From Macrostomum lignano (taxonomy: Eukaryota), in NCBI GenBank assembly GCA_002269645.1, contig NIVC01004017.1:271-64270 (forward strand): 64,000 nucleotides of DNA, written 5' to 3'. Shown here in pieces: positions 13,301 to 26,340 of this stretch (positions are counted from its first letter, which is position 1; each line of letters starts with the position of its first letter). The translations under genes and the position numbers were made by a program. The notes under the pieces are model-generated. The model did not search any database and was not told the origin of the DNA. It was given only the letters and a program-made list of their open reading frames with translations.

Positions 13301-16300
13301 GGATTCCAGAGCCAGCTGCCTCTCCGCTACGGTCAGCTGCAGTTGGCTGTACAGATTGCCGACCTGCGCGCGTGTTCAAGAACAAAGTTTATACTACTTG
13401 TTTAGTTTGAAAAATCAGTAGTGCGATTTGCTTTTTATTATTATGGTTTCTAAAGATATGAAGTGTCGGAGAGATGAAATGTCGGAGATATGAATTGTCA
13501 GAGATATGAAGTGTCGGAGATATGGATTGTTGCAGATATGAAGTGTCGGAGATATGAAATGTCGGAGGTCCGAAGTGTCGGAGATATGAAATGTCGGAGG
13601 TATGAAATATCGGAGATATGAAATGTCTGAGATATGAGATGTCTTGAGATGTGAAGTTTCGGAGATATGAACTGTCAGAGATATGAAGTGTCGAAGATAT
13701 GAAGTGTCGAAGATATGAAATGTCGGAGATATGAATTGTCAGAGATATGAAGTGTCGGAGATATGAAATGTCGGAGATATGAAATGTCGGAGATATGAAA
13801 TGTCGGAGATATGAATTGTCAGAGATATGAAGTGTCGGAGATATGAAATGTCGGAGATATGAATTGTCAGAGATATGAAGTGTCGGAGATATGAATTGTC
13901 AGAGATATGAAGTGTCGGAGATATGGATTGTTGCAGATATGAAGTGTCGGAGATATGAAATGTCGGAGGTCCGAAGTGTCGGAGATATGAAATGTCGGAG
14001 GTATGAAATATCGGAGATATGAAATGTCTGAGATATGAGATGTCTTGAGATGTGAAGTTTCGGAGATATGAACTGTCAGAGATATGAAGTGTCGAAGATA
14101 TGAAGTGTCGAAGATATGAAATGTCGGAGATATGAATTGTCAGAGATATGAAGTGTCGGAGATATGAAATGTCGGAGATATGAAATGTCGGAGATATGAA
14201 ATGTCGGAGATATGAATTGTCAGAGATATGAAGTGTCGGAGATATGAAATGTCGGAGATATGAATTGTCAGAGATATGAAGTGTCGGAGATATGAAATGT
14301 CGGAGATATGAAGTGTCGGAGATACGAAGCGAAGGAGTTTTGAAAGAAGCTGCTTTTCAGAGATATAAAGCCCCCGCTAAGAATTTAGGCGACAAAATTG
14401 AATATGATAAATATTTCTGGGAAATCAAGAAAATTGAGAAAATTATTAAACACATCTTGCTAAGAATTTACTAGGTAACAAAACAACAAACCTTATCGGC
14501 TTTCTCTTTAAAAGCAGCAATCTGGTGCTGCTGCTGTGCCGCCGCAGGACCCGATGCCAGCCGCTCGCAAGCGCCCAGCAGTTCACTGACGCGAACACCC
14601 TCGGTCTCCAGGCCGGTCTGAACTCCGGCCAGTTCAGTCAGCAGTCGCCGGTGACCAGGCAGATCGTCCGCTAGCAATAATTGGCGCTTAGAATAGCGCT
14701 CGGCGCCAGACTCTACGGTAGCTTTGGCGCGAGTCAGCCAAGCCAGCAGGGAGTCGCATTCCTTTGTTAAATCCTCCAGCTGGGTGGCGGCCTCGGCAGA
14801 CGGCAGGGAGCGAATCGAATGCGTCGGAGTTGACGTGACTGAGCTAGACCTGGAGAGGTAAACAGTGGGAGTAAGACGACTCTATTGCTCTAGGATAATG
14901 CCTCGTCATCTAATTAGTGGTTTTTATGCGTACATCAAGGTTTGAATGTTTAAAAAGTCAAATCTTGTTACAGCGGTTGAGAAGGTCGCAAACAAGTAAT
15001 ATTAATAAAATAATAATAATTGATTACACCTGCAGTTCAAAGGACGGTGGGGGGTCGCCACACACAGCCTCAATTACCCCAGCTAATGCTGACAGCCATT
15101 TTACAGCTGGGTGAACTGAAGCAATGCAGAGTTAAGTGTCTTGCTCAATGACACTAATTGTTCCTAAGGGGTCGAGAATCGAACCCCGACCTTTCAGTCG
15201 TGAGTGCCGACGCTCTAACCGATTACCGCAAATTCTAAGACTTTGTCCCACAACGAACGAACAAACATAGCCTTAAAACACTCGGCAGTTTTTTTAGAAT
15301 TATTTCAGTAAAACACAGAACTGCTGCTAGTAGCAAGAGTAGCGAAACCGATCAATAACGGCCTTACTCCTCCAGTTATACAGGCTCTCACTCTCTCCAC
15401 CCACAAGCAGCTATAGCCTGCCTCTCTAATCTGGACAACTCGCGGATCGATTCTAAGAAAGAATATGCGCAGTTTTCTCTATTTCTATCTCTTACTAGTA
15501 GCGAGTTTGCTTACTCACTAACCCGTGTGTGTGCATAGAAGCTCCGCAAAGGAGATGCTTTATTGGACGGGCACAGATTTTTGTCAAAGGCAAGCTGCTT
15601 ACATGCACTAGTTTTGTAGTGTGTAAATTGAATATTAAATTCACAATAGTTATTCATTTGGCTTTAGTGGTGTTTGTCTTAGTGTCTGTGTCTGCCTTAA
15701 TGCCTGTTTCTGTCTGGGTGTCGATGTGTCTGCCTTAATGTCTGTGCCTTTCTTAGAGTCTGCCTTAGGCAGACAGACAGAGACTGTATGCCTATGTCTG
15801 TGTCTGTCTTATAGTGTCTGAGTCTTAGTGTCGATATGTCTGCCTTAATGTCTGTCTGTGTCTGTGTTAGCGTTTATATGTCTGCCTTAATTTATGTGTC
15901 TTAATGTCTGTCCTAGTGTCTGTGTCTGTCCTAGTGTCTGTCTGTCTCAGTGTCTGTGTCTGTCTTAGTGTCTGTGTCTGTCCTAGTGTCTGTCTGTCTC
16001 AGTGTCTGTGTCTGTCTCAGTGTCTGTGTCTGTCTTAGTGTCTATCCTAGTGTCTGTGTCTGTCCTATTGTCTGTGTCTGTCCTAGTGTCTGTGTCTGTC
16101 TCAGTGTCTGTGTCTGTCTTAGTGTCTGTGTCTGTCCTAGTGTCTGTCTGTCTCAGTGTCTGTGTCTGTCTCAGTGTCTGTGTCTGTCCTAGTGTCTGTC
16201 TGTCTCAGTGTCTGTGTCTGTCTTAGTGTCTGTGTCGTTCTTAGTGTCTGTGTCTGTCTCAGTGTCTGTGTCTGTCCTAGTGTCTGTGTCTGTCCTAGTG

Positions 16301-19300
16301 TCTGTGTCTGTCTCAGTGTCTGTGTCTGTCTTAGTGTCTGTGTCTGTCTTAGTGTCTGTGTCTGTCCTAGTGTCTGTGTCTGTCTTAGTGTCTGTCGGTC
16401 CAACTTTGTGTTTTAGCGTCTGTCTGTCTGTCTCTCTGTCTGCATTAGCATCCGCCAGTCATATCTGCCCATGCAACTTTTCCCGGAAAAATAGAATTAG
16501 TAATCCGAGTAGACAGCCGTGCATAACAGCGCATAGCAAATACATGATTGGGTACAAAAAAACTTGATACTCAAAACATTGTCGCCCAAACAGCAGGCCA
16601 CGGAGGTGCGGGATTAGCCAATATCGAGATGTTATTGGCCTGGTATTGTGTATTCACACGAGGATTTTTATTTGATTTTATATTGCATTTCTCGATCACG
16701 TCATACACTTCTCTGCCTCTCCCTCTCTTTATCTCTGGCATTCTGCATCTCAGCTGCCATTCTCAAATGCATTTCTAGACGGGGGGGGTGCGAAAATTGC
16801 TACTGAAATTACCTACGCATTACAAGGCCCAAAATATCAATATGAAATATACTAAGCTAGGTTGCATTGAAACTACAATTAACTCCGGAATGCGGTGCCA
16901 TATACTACTACAATGAAAAGTACTAAAATTTCCAGATCCCTGCAATACTAGTAAATAAAAAACACACTAAGCACTAATTAGGTAGCGAAAGACGCTGCTA
17001 GGTCAGGTAACCCCCCCCCACACACACCCTCATGCCAATCTTTCAACTGCTCCGTGTCCGCAGGCTAATTAAGGCTGGTCACCTCCGCGCAGTAGCCAAG
17101 TTAGCTGGATATCTGAAGAAGAGAAGCAACCCCCCCCCCAAAAAAAAAGTTGCAATCAGAAAAACAGAAAGCAGGCACAGCGAAAATGAGAGACAGACGA
17201 AAAAAGATCAATTTTGGTTGGCGTAGAAAACACAAGAGTGAATAGGAGCTCACACTTATCCTTATAGCGATTGTTCAGTTATGCGAAAATCTTATTAGAA
17301 AGCTTTCACAGCGGTGCTAACACATAGCTTTGAGACTAAGTTGCGATGTAAAGAAAGAGTAGGAAGTGAGAAAGAACTGCTAGAGCGAGATAGAGACAAA
17401 GGGGGCAGTGAAGAGACGAGAGTGAAGGAAGGAGAGTGAAGAGACGGGAGTGAAAGGAGAGTGAAGAGACGAGAGTGAATGAAGGAGAGTGAAGAGACGG
17501 GAGTGAAGGAAGGATAGTGAAGAGACGGGAGTGAATGAAGGAGAGTGAAGAGACGGGAGTGGATGAAGGAGAGTGAAGAGACGGGTGTGAAGGAAGGAGA
17601 GTGAAGAGACGGGAGTGAAGGAAGGAGAGTGAAGAGACGGGAGTGAAGGAAGGAGAGTGAAGAGACGAGAGTGAAGGAAGGAGAGTGAAGAGACGGGAGT
17701 GAATGAAGGACAGTGAAGAGACGGGAGTGAAAGGAGAGTGAAGAGACGAGAGTGAATGAAGGAGAGTGAAGAGACGGAAGTGAAGGAAGGAGAGTGAAGA
17801 GACGGGAGTGAATGAAGGACAGTGAAGAGACGGGAGTGAAGGAAGGAGAGTGAAAAGAAGCGTGAGGGGAGTGGTCATTAGGAAGGGTAGATAGGTAAAA
17901 TGAAAAGAGGAGAGTGATTAGTGACTAGACAAGAGTGATTAGATAGAAGTGAACATATTTGAATGGAGAGATCATAAAAAACGCAGACTTTTTAAAACTA
18001 ATGTTTGAGTAAAAGTCAAAGTCTAACACACGAAAAAATACACAAATTCTCAAAAAAGAGAAACAGCGCTTGTGAACTCTAAAATACAAGAGAGCTATTC
18101 AACATAGAGACAGTTTCTGCCAGATATTATTAGACACACAAAAAACAGACCAGCTGGATGCAGTCGGGGAGAAAGAAGTTAGTAAAGCCGCCAACAGGAT
18201 GAAGGGGAAGAGAGAGATAGGGAGAGAGAGAGACAGATAAGAAAGACGAAAAAAAGCAAACGAGCATCTCCAATGCAGAGAATCTCCCTGAAATCTCTAG
18301 GGTAGAACGGCTCGCAAGGGGGGGGGCAGAGGACAGTCCCATGCGCACACTCAGGGGCAGGGGAAGGGTTAGACTGTTGGGATGAATTTAGAAGCTGATT
18401 GAATTGGGCAGAGCAAAGAGTCCCGGAACAACTCCCAGATCTTCGCGTCAACTTCACGATCGTCAAAATCAGCCGGATAGAGAAGAAAAAAATAAGCGAG
18501 GTACAGCTTAAGACATGTACCGCTGGGTGCTCCTCTACACCGGTTTGATTGGGGGAATTGAACTGCCAGATCAGACTCTGCGTGATGATGGGATAAATAG
18601 GATAAATGGGATAAATTACTGGGCACCGGTCTGAGTATTTGTTGGTAAGCTAAGCTGTACTAATCTATATAATTGGAAAGTTTTGGAATTTTATTTTCTA
18701 AAATAAATCCTAAGCTATTCAGAGAACTTTATAAAAGCTTGGATTAATTTTTTATGCTAAAAAAGTTCAGCTCAGCCTAGTTCTTAATAAGACAAGTAGA
18801 CTTCTGACTAATACTTAGTCTACTACTAAGGTGTCAAACTTTCCATTCACATAAGGTCCTTATTTCACAAAAACCCTGCGATGTTGTTCACACAAACCCT
18901 GGAGGTCCATGCAAAACCCTGTAGTTCACAAAACCCCCGCAGTTCACACAAATCCTACAATTCACACAAACCCAGTTCACACAAATCCCTACAATTTACA
19001 CGAACTCCTGCAGTTCACACAATCTCTAAAGTTCACACAAACCCCTGAAGTTCACACAAACCCCTATAGTTCACACAAACCACTGCAGTTCACACAAACC
19101 CCTGCAGTTCACACAAATCCTTACAATTTAAACAAACCACTGCAGTTCACACAACTCTCTACAGTTCCCATAAACCCATACTGTTCACACAAATCCCTAC
19201 AATTCATATAAACCCTATGCAGTTCACACTAATCCCTACAGTTCACATAACCCCCTGGCAGTTCACACTAATCCCCACAGTTCACATAAACCCCTGCAGT

Positions 19301-22300
19301 TCACACCAAGATGTCAAGGCTTACGGGGGGCATTTCTGAGATGCGAAGGCTAAGAGGTCAGAAGCTACATTTAGTTTATTCAAAAAATTACTTTATTATT
19401 TGTTGGCTCTCCAAATATTTGTCCCTGACAATTTTACTCGAATAAGGGGATTTATAAAACTGAAGAAGGAATGCTTTTAAGAAATGTGCTTTCATTTTAA
19501 ATGATTTACATAAATAATTTTCATCATTTGCTTATTGGCCGCCCCTTCGGGGGGGGGGCGCTAGATGGCTAGTCTAATATACTAAAAATGCTTCGTTTCC
19601 ATATTGGGTATGCTACTGATTTAGACCTGTAGACAGATACTTAATTGATACACAGGCAGTGGCGGCAGTCCATGACAGTCGATCTGCCACTCACATCGCC
19701 TCAGCTTCACTGCCGATTACTAAGCGCGACTTAATCTCTGCTGACAAATCTTTATCATTATTGGCGACATCTGTGAATGCTTGAGCAGTTAACACAGTCT
19801 GGCGACACTGGCGCAACAGGGTCAACACTTCCGACTTTGAGTACTGAGATTCGACGCAAATCAGCTGGCAATTCTGACTGGCCCTGCTGCTCAGGGCTGG
19901 CGATGACGAGCGAGTTTCAATAGCGGCATCGATTAATAGAGTTTCGGCTTCGGTTACTAGGGCTTCGATACGATTTAACAAACAGTTCGACTGGTTGCCA
20001 GGGGCAATGGAAGCTGAAGAGCAGCAAGAGCAGCAGGTACTGGTGACGCTGTGAAACTCCAGGATGAATTGGCGCCATCGACTCGCTGAGTTCATCCAGC
20101 GGCTGAAAATTTTGTAATGTAAGGGCGAGAGTTATTACCACGGAAAAAAGTATTTTTAAATGCAAATAAACGAGAAAATAAATAAACAGCGTGTAAGAAG
20201 CTGAACTTTTATCTTTCATTAAAAAACCTTAATATTTTCCGATTTAAATTTTCACTTAAAAACATCTGTGATTTCTTTATTCTTAATCTCTGATTTCCAA
20301 ATAATTTCTCCGATTTTTAGTCATTTTCTCCTCCTATTTTCAGTCTTTCTCTTCTCCCATTTTCACTCTCTCTTCTTTCATTTTCACTCTTTCCCTTTTC
20401 CCATTTTCACTCTTTTTCTTCTTCCATTTTCACTCTTTCCTTTCTCTTATTTTTACTCTTTCCTTTCTCCCATTTTCACTCTTTCTCTTCTCCCATTTTC
20501 ACTCTTTCCCTTCTCCCATTTTCACTCTTTCTCTTCTTCCATTTTCACTCTTTCTCTTCTCCAATTTCACTCTTTCTCTTCTCCAATTTCACTCTTTCCT
20601 TTCTCCCATTTTAACTCTTTCCCTTCTCCCATTTTCACTCTTTCCCTTCTCCCATTTTCACGCTTATCCTTCTCCCATTTTCACTCTTTTTCTTCTTCCA
20701 TTTTCACTCTTTCCTTTCTCTTATTTTTACTCTTTCCTTTCTCCCATTTTCACTCTTTCTCTTCTCCCATTTTCACTCTTTCCCTTCTCCCATTTTCACT
20801 CTTTCTCTTCTTCCATTTTCACTCTTTCTCTTCTCCAATTTCACTCTTTCTCTTCTCCAATTTCACTCTTTCCTTTCTCCCATTTTCACTCTTTCCCTTC
20901 TCCCATTTTCACGCTTATCCTTCTCCCATTTTCACTCTTTCTCTTCTCCCATTTTCACTCTTTCTCTTCTCCCATTTTCACTCTTTCTCTTCTCCCATTT
21001 TCACTCTTTCTCTTCTCCCATTTTCACTCTTTCTCTTCTCCAATTTCACTCTTTCTCTTCTCCAATTTCACTCTTTCTCTTCTCCCATTTTCACTCTTTC
21101 CATTCTCCATTTTCACTCTTTCTCTTCTCCCATTTTCACTCTTTCTCTTCTCCAATTTCACTCTTTCCCTTCTCCCATTTTCACTCTTTCTCTTCTTCCA
21201 TTTTCACTCTTTCTCTTCTCCAATTTCACTCTTTCTCTTCTCCAATTTCACTCTTTCCTTTCTCCCATTTTCACTCTTTCCCTTCTTCCATTTTCACGCT
21301 TATCCTTCTCCCATTTTCACTCTTTCTCTTCTCCCATTTTCACTCTTTCTCTTCTCCCATTTTCACTCTTTCTCTTCTCCGATTTTCACTCTTTCTCTTC
21401 TCCAATTTCACTCTTTCTCTTCTCCAATTTAACTCTTTCTCTTCTCCCATTTTCACTCTTTCCATTCTCCAATTTCACTCTTTCCTTTCTCCCATTTTCA
21501 CTCTTTCTCTTCTCCCATTTTCACTCTTTCCATTCTCCCATTTGCACGCTTATCCTTCTCTCATTTTCACTCTTTCCCTGCTCCCATTTTCACTCTTTCT
21601 CTTATTCCATTTTCACTCTTTCTCTTCTCCCATTTTCACTCTTTCTCTTCTCCAATTTCACTCTTTCTCTTCTCCAATTTCACTCTTTCTCTTCTCCCAT
21701 TTTAACTCTTTCCCTTCTCCCATTTTCACTCTTTCCCTTCTCCCATTTTCACTCTTTCCCTTCTCCCATTTGTACTCTTTCTCTTATCTCATTTTTACTC
21801 TTTCCCTTCTCCCATTTTTACTCTTTCCCTTCTCCCATTTGTACTCTTTCTCTTATCCCATTTTTACTCTTTCCCTTCTCCCATTTTCACTCTTTCCCTT
21901 CTCCCATTTGTACTTTTTCTCTTATCCCATTTTTACTCTTTCCCTTCTCCCATTTTTACTCTTTCCCTTCTCCCATTTTCACTCTTTCCCTTCTCCCATT
22001 TTCACTCTTAATTCACTTTTCAGCATAGTTAAATGCAAGCTGAAAAAACATTTTAAAAATACAAAAAGCGCAGAATTCATTTTGATTTTGTCATCTACAT
22101 ACGCACAGCAATTAACAGGCAAAAACAGACAATCAGCTTAAGCCCAAATATCGGCAATTTAGGCACCATACTGACAAAGAAAAACCAAGCACACGCTTAT
22201 TAAAAAGATTGTTAAGCACACCAAAAGAAAACTCGACAAAGATGTTAAAGCAGCGGAAAACCGGCAGAAAAGATTTGTCTTGCTTTGGTTCCAGAGAAAA

Positions 22301-22701
22301 AGCGGAGACGGACACAGGGACACAGAGAGAATTGCGGCGATCCCAATGTGGCACATTAGCTGATGAGGAACAGCAGCTGTTATTAGCTGTGCAGTTTCTT
22401 CGGCATCAAGCAAATATTGGATGCAAGCCAAAGCAGAAGAGACTGAAGCCTCAGACTTTTAGCGCTGACGGGATACGCGTCCTCTAATGCTGCACATTGT
22501 AGTGCGAATTGCAGCGCAGGGATGCAGCTTTGCGAATCGCGTATGGCAATAGAATTTATGCATCAATTGGTCTGACCCAATGTTTATTAATCGGACTGTC
22601 TGTCTGTCTACCTGTCTGTCTGTCCGTCTGATTGTCCATCTGTCTGTCTGTGTGTCATAATGCCTGCTTGCCTGCCTGTTTGTCTGTCTGTCTGTCTGTC
22701 C

Positions 22702-22750
<49 letters not shown>

Positions 22751-22804
22751 GTCATCTGTCTGTCTGTCTGTGTCATCTGTCTGTCTGTCTCTGTCATCTG
22801 TCTG

Positions 22805-22851
<47 letters not shown>

Positions 22852-23661
22852 ATGTATTGACTATCCGCTGCTCAGCTGTCCTAATACACCCAGACCCGTA
22901 CCAGCAACAGACTATATTTCAGTACCAATAATGAAACAAAGCCAATTGTGCCAATGTGTAGTCAAAGCAAGCACGAGCCAGCCACCCCACCGATAGTTTA
23001 TTTCTTTGATTAAAAAACATCTGTTCTAACTAGCGCTTTTATAAATCTCGCAAAGTAATCTCATTATTAGGCCAAACACTTGAATGTCTGAAATATTTTT
23101 ACTATTATAATTTTTCTTTCTTTGTCATTTGAGTGGCTTCATTTATCTATAAAGCGAGATCACGTGACCGGACACAGAGGCCGGGACAACTTTATCAGCA
23201 GCTTGGCTTTTCCAGCTATAAGCACGTCTACAGCAATAGTAGACATTTGTAGTTATTATATGATTTACATAATAAATACTCATATATACATGTAATTGTG
23301 TACGCAAAGACCTTCACCATTATTTGCGTCACGCAGAGTCCCGTTAAGCTGATCATAACTGTCAGTTTTAATCGCTCCTGCTGACTGTTGAATCCGTAAA
23401 GACAATGGGATGAGCAACATCTAATGTGAATAAAGAAACATGAAAATAGATTGATAGATAATCGTATATAGACAGACATGACAGACAGACAGACAGACAT
23501 GACAGACAGAGAGACACTAAGACAGACAGGGACAGACAGAGAGACACTAAGACAGACAGGGACAGACAGACAGACAGACAGACAAAGGCAGACAGACAGA
23601 CAGACAGGCAGACAGACAGACAGACACTAAGACAGACAGACACTAAGACAGACAGACACTA

Positions 23662-23724
<63 letters not shown>

Positions 23725-24983
23725 GAGACACTAAGACAGACAGGGACAGACAGACAGACAGACAGACAGACAGGCAGGTAGGCAGGCAGGCAGGCAGGCA
23801 GACAGACAGGCAGGCAGACAGGCAGACAGGCAGGCAGACAGGCAGGCAGACAGACAGACAGACAGACAGGCAGGCAGACAGGCAGGCAGGCAGACAGACA
23901 GACAGACAGACAGACAGACAGGCAGGCAGGCAGACAGACAGACAGGCAGGCAGACAGGCAGGCAGGCAGACAGACAGACAGACAGACAGGCAGACAGACA
24001 GGCAGGCAGACAGACAGACAGGCACTCAAACAATCCTCAGAGCAAGCGCAGCAGATATGATAGAAAATTCCCTAACAACAATACCCAGGCCAAACCCTAA
24101 AAATCAGAGCTCCCAGAGCACCAGTGAACGATAAGTCAGTTGTGTACGCATGGCTAAACTTGAATTAACAAAAATCAACTCAACTAAACAGCACATGAGT
24201 TCAACCATTCATCGCTCCAGTTCATTCGACTAAAAATAGGTGAGCAGTGAGCAGATGGCAATTTAACAGAAAAATAATCTCTCTTTTAAAGTGGCATCTT
24301 TTTCAATAGCATTGATCTACAAAGCTACTCGAGAAGAAGCTTGCAACGTGCATTATTATAAGCTTTTTGAGCTTGTCAGTTGAAAAAATGAAACTAGCTG
24401 CCATTCACTCCGCAATTCAAGATGAGCTAAGCGGATAGAAGTCTACTTTTCATCGCACACGCCACTTCAAATTTATGTTTTTCAGCATATTAAAAATTTC
24501 AACCTCAATTTGAAAAAAATATATTAACATATAGAGAAAAGAGAGTAGCAGGGATAGAAGAGAGAGAGAGAGTAGCAGAGATAGAAGAGAGAGAGAGAGT
24601 AGCAGAGATAGTAGAGAGAGAGAGTAGCACAGAGAGAGAGAGAGAGTAGCACAGATGTAGAAGTGAGAGAGTAGCACAGAGATAGAAGAGAGAGAGAGTA
24701 GCACAGATGTAGAAGTAAGAGAGTAGCACAGAGAGAGAGAGAGAGTAGCACAGATGTAGAAGTGAGAGAGTAGCACAGAGATAGAAGAGAGAGAGAGAGT
24801 AGCACAGATGTAGAAGTGAGAGAGTAGCACAGATATATAAGAGAGAGAGAGAGTAGCACAGATGTAGAAGTGAGAGAGTAGCACAGATATATAAGAGAGA
24901 GTAGCACAAATGTAGAAGTGAGAGAGTAGCACAGATGTAGAAGTGAGAGAGTAACACGGAGAGAGAGAGAGTAGCACAGAGAT

Positions 24984-25043
<60 letters not shown>

Positions 25044-25459
25044 CACAGATGTAGAAGTGAGAGAGTAGCACAGAGATAGAGAGAGAGTAACACGGAGAGA
25101 GAGAGTAGCACAGAGATAGAAGAGAGAGTAGCACAGATGTAGAAGTGAGAGAGTAGCACAGAGATAGAGAGAGAGAGTAACACGGAGAGAGAGAGTAGCA
25201 CAGATGTAGAAGTGAGAGAGTAGCACAGAGATAGAGATAGAGTAACACGGAGATAGAGAGAGTAGCACAAATGTAGAAGTGAGAGAGTAGCACAGAGATA
25301 GAGAGAGTAGCACAAATGTAGAAGTGAGAGAGTAGCACAGAGATAGAGAGAGTAGCACAAATGTAGAAGTGAGAGAGTAGCACAAATGTAGAAGTGAGAG
25401 AGTAGCACAGATGTAGAAGTGAGAGAGTAACACGGAGAGAGAGAGAGTAGCACAGAGAT

Positions 25460-25519
<60 letters not shown>

Positions 25520-26306
25520 CACAGATGTAGAAGTGAGAGAGTAGCACAGAGATAGAGAGAGAGTAACACGGAGAGAGAGAGTAGCACAGAGATAGAAGAG
25601 AGAGTAGCACAGATGTAGAAGTGAGAGAGTAGCACAGAGATAGAGAGAGAGAGTAACACGGAGAGAGAGAGTAGCACAGATGTAGAAGTGAGAGAGTAGC
25701 ACAGAGATAGAGATAGAGTAACACGGAGATAGAGAGAGTAGCACAAATGTAGAAGTGAGAGAGTAGCACAGAGATAGAGAGAGTAGCACAAATGTAGAAG
25801 TGAGAGAGTAGCACAGAGATAGAGAGAGTAGCACAAATGTAGAAGTGAGAGAGTAGCACAAATGTAGAAGTGAGAGAGTAGCACAGAGATAGGGAGAGTA
25901 GCACAAATGTAGAAGTGAGAGAGTAGCACAAATGTAGAAGTGAGAGAGTAGCACAGAGATAGGGAGAGTAGCACAAATGTAGAAGTGAGAGAGTAGCACA
26001 AATGTAGAAGTGAGAGAGTAGCACAGAGATAGGGAGAGTAGCACAAATGTAGAAGTGAGAGAGTAGCACAGTTATGAATAAAAAAGCACAGTCAACTCAC
26101 AAAAGCAATGACAGAATATAAAAATATAATAAAACAGATTGACTCACTGAATTCTGGCGTTCCGTTGAGCAGCTGAGTGAGACATCCATACGCAGACTTT
26201 GCCGTCTTCGACAATGTTCACTCCGAACTTAATCCATTATGTAAGACTTCATTAGCAGACGCTTAGCGGAGTTCATATTGTTTGCACTTCAGTGCTTAGT
26301 TTAAAC

Positions 26307-26340
<34 letters not shown>

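Noticed and set aside
18130-18626. Several overlapping short ORFs in unique intronic sequence
   Set aside because: No compatible splice sites were found, exons 17 and 18 already join in phase, and there is no recognisable homology.
19538-19564. GC hairpin (CGCCCC-TTCG-GGGG..CG) followed by CTAG as a Helitron 3' end
   Set aside because: There is no spacer between the hairpin and CTAG, no matching 5' end, and only one occurrence.
22159-22458. ORF ending in a hydrophobic tail (possible tail-anchored terminal exon)
   Set aside because: Its acceptors are phase 0 or 1, whereas the upstream donor at 30997 is phase 2. There is no KASH PPPx end and no other support.
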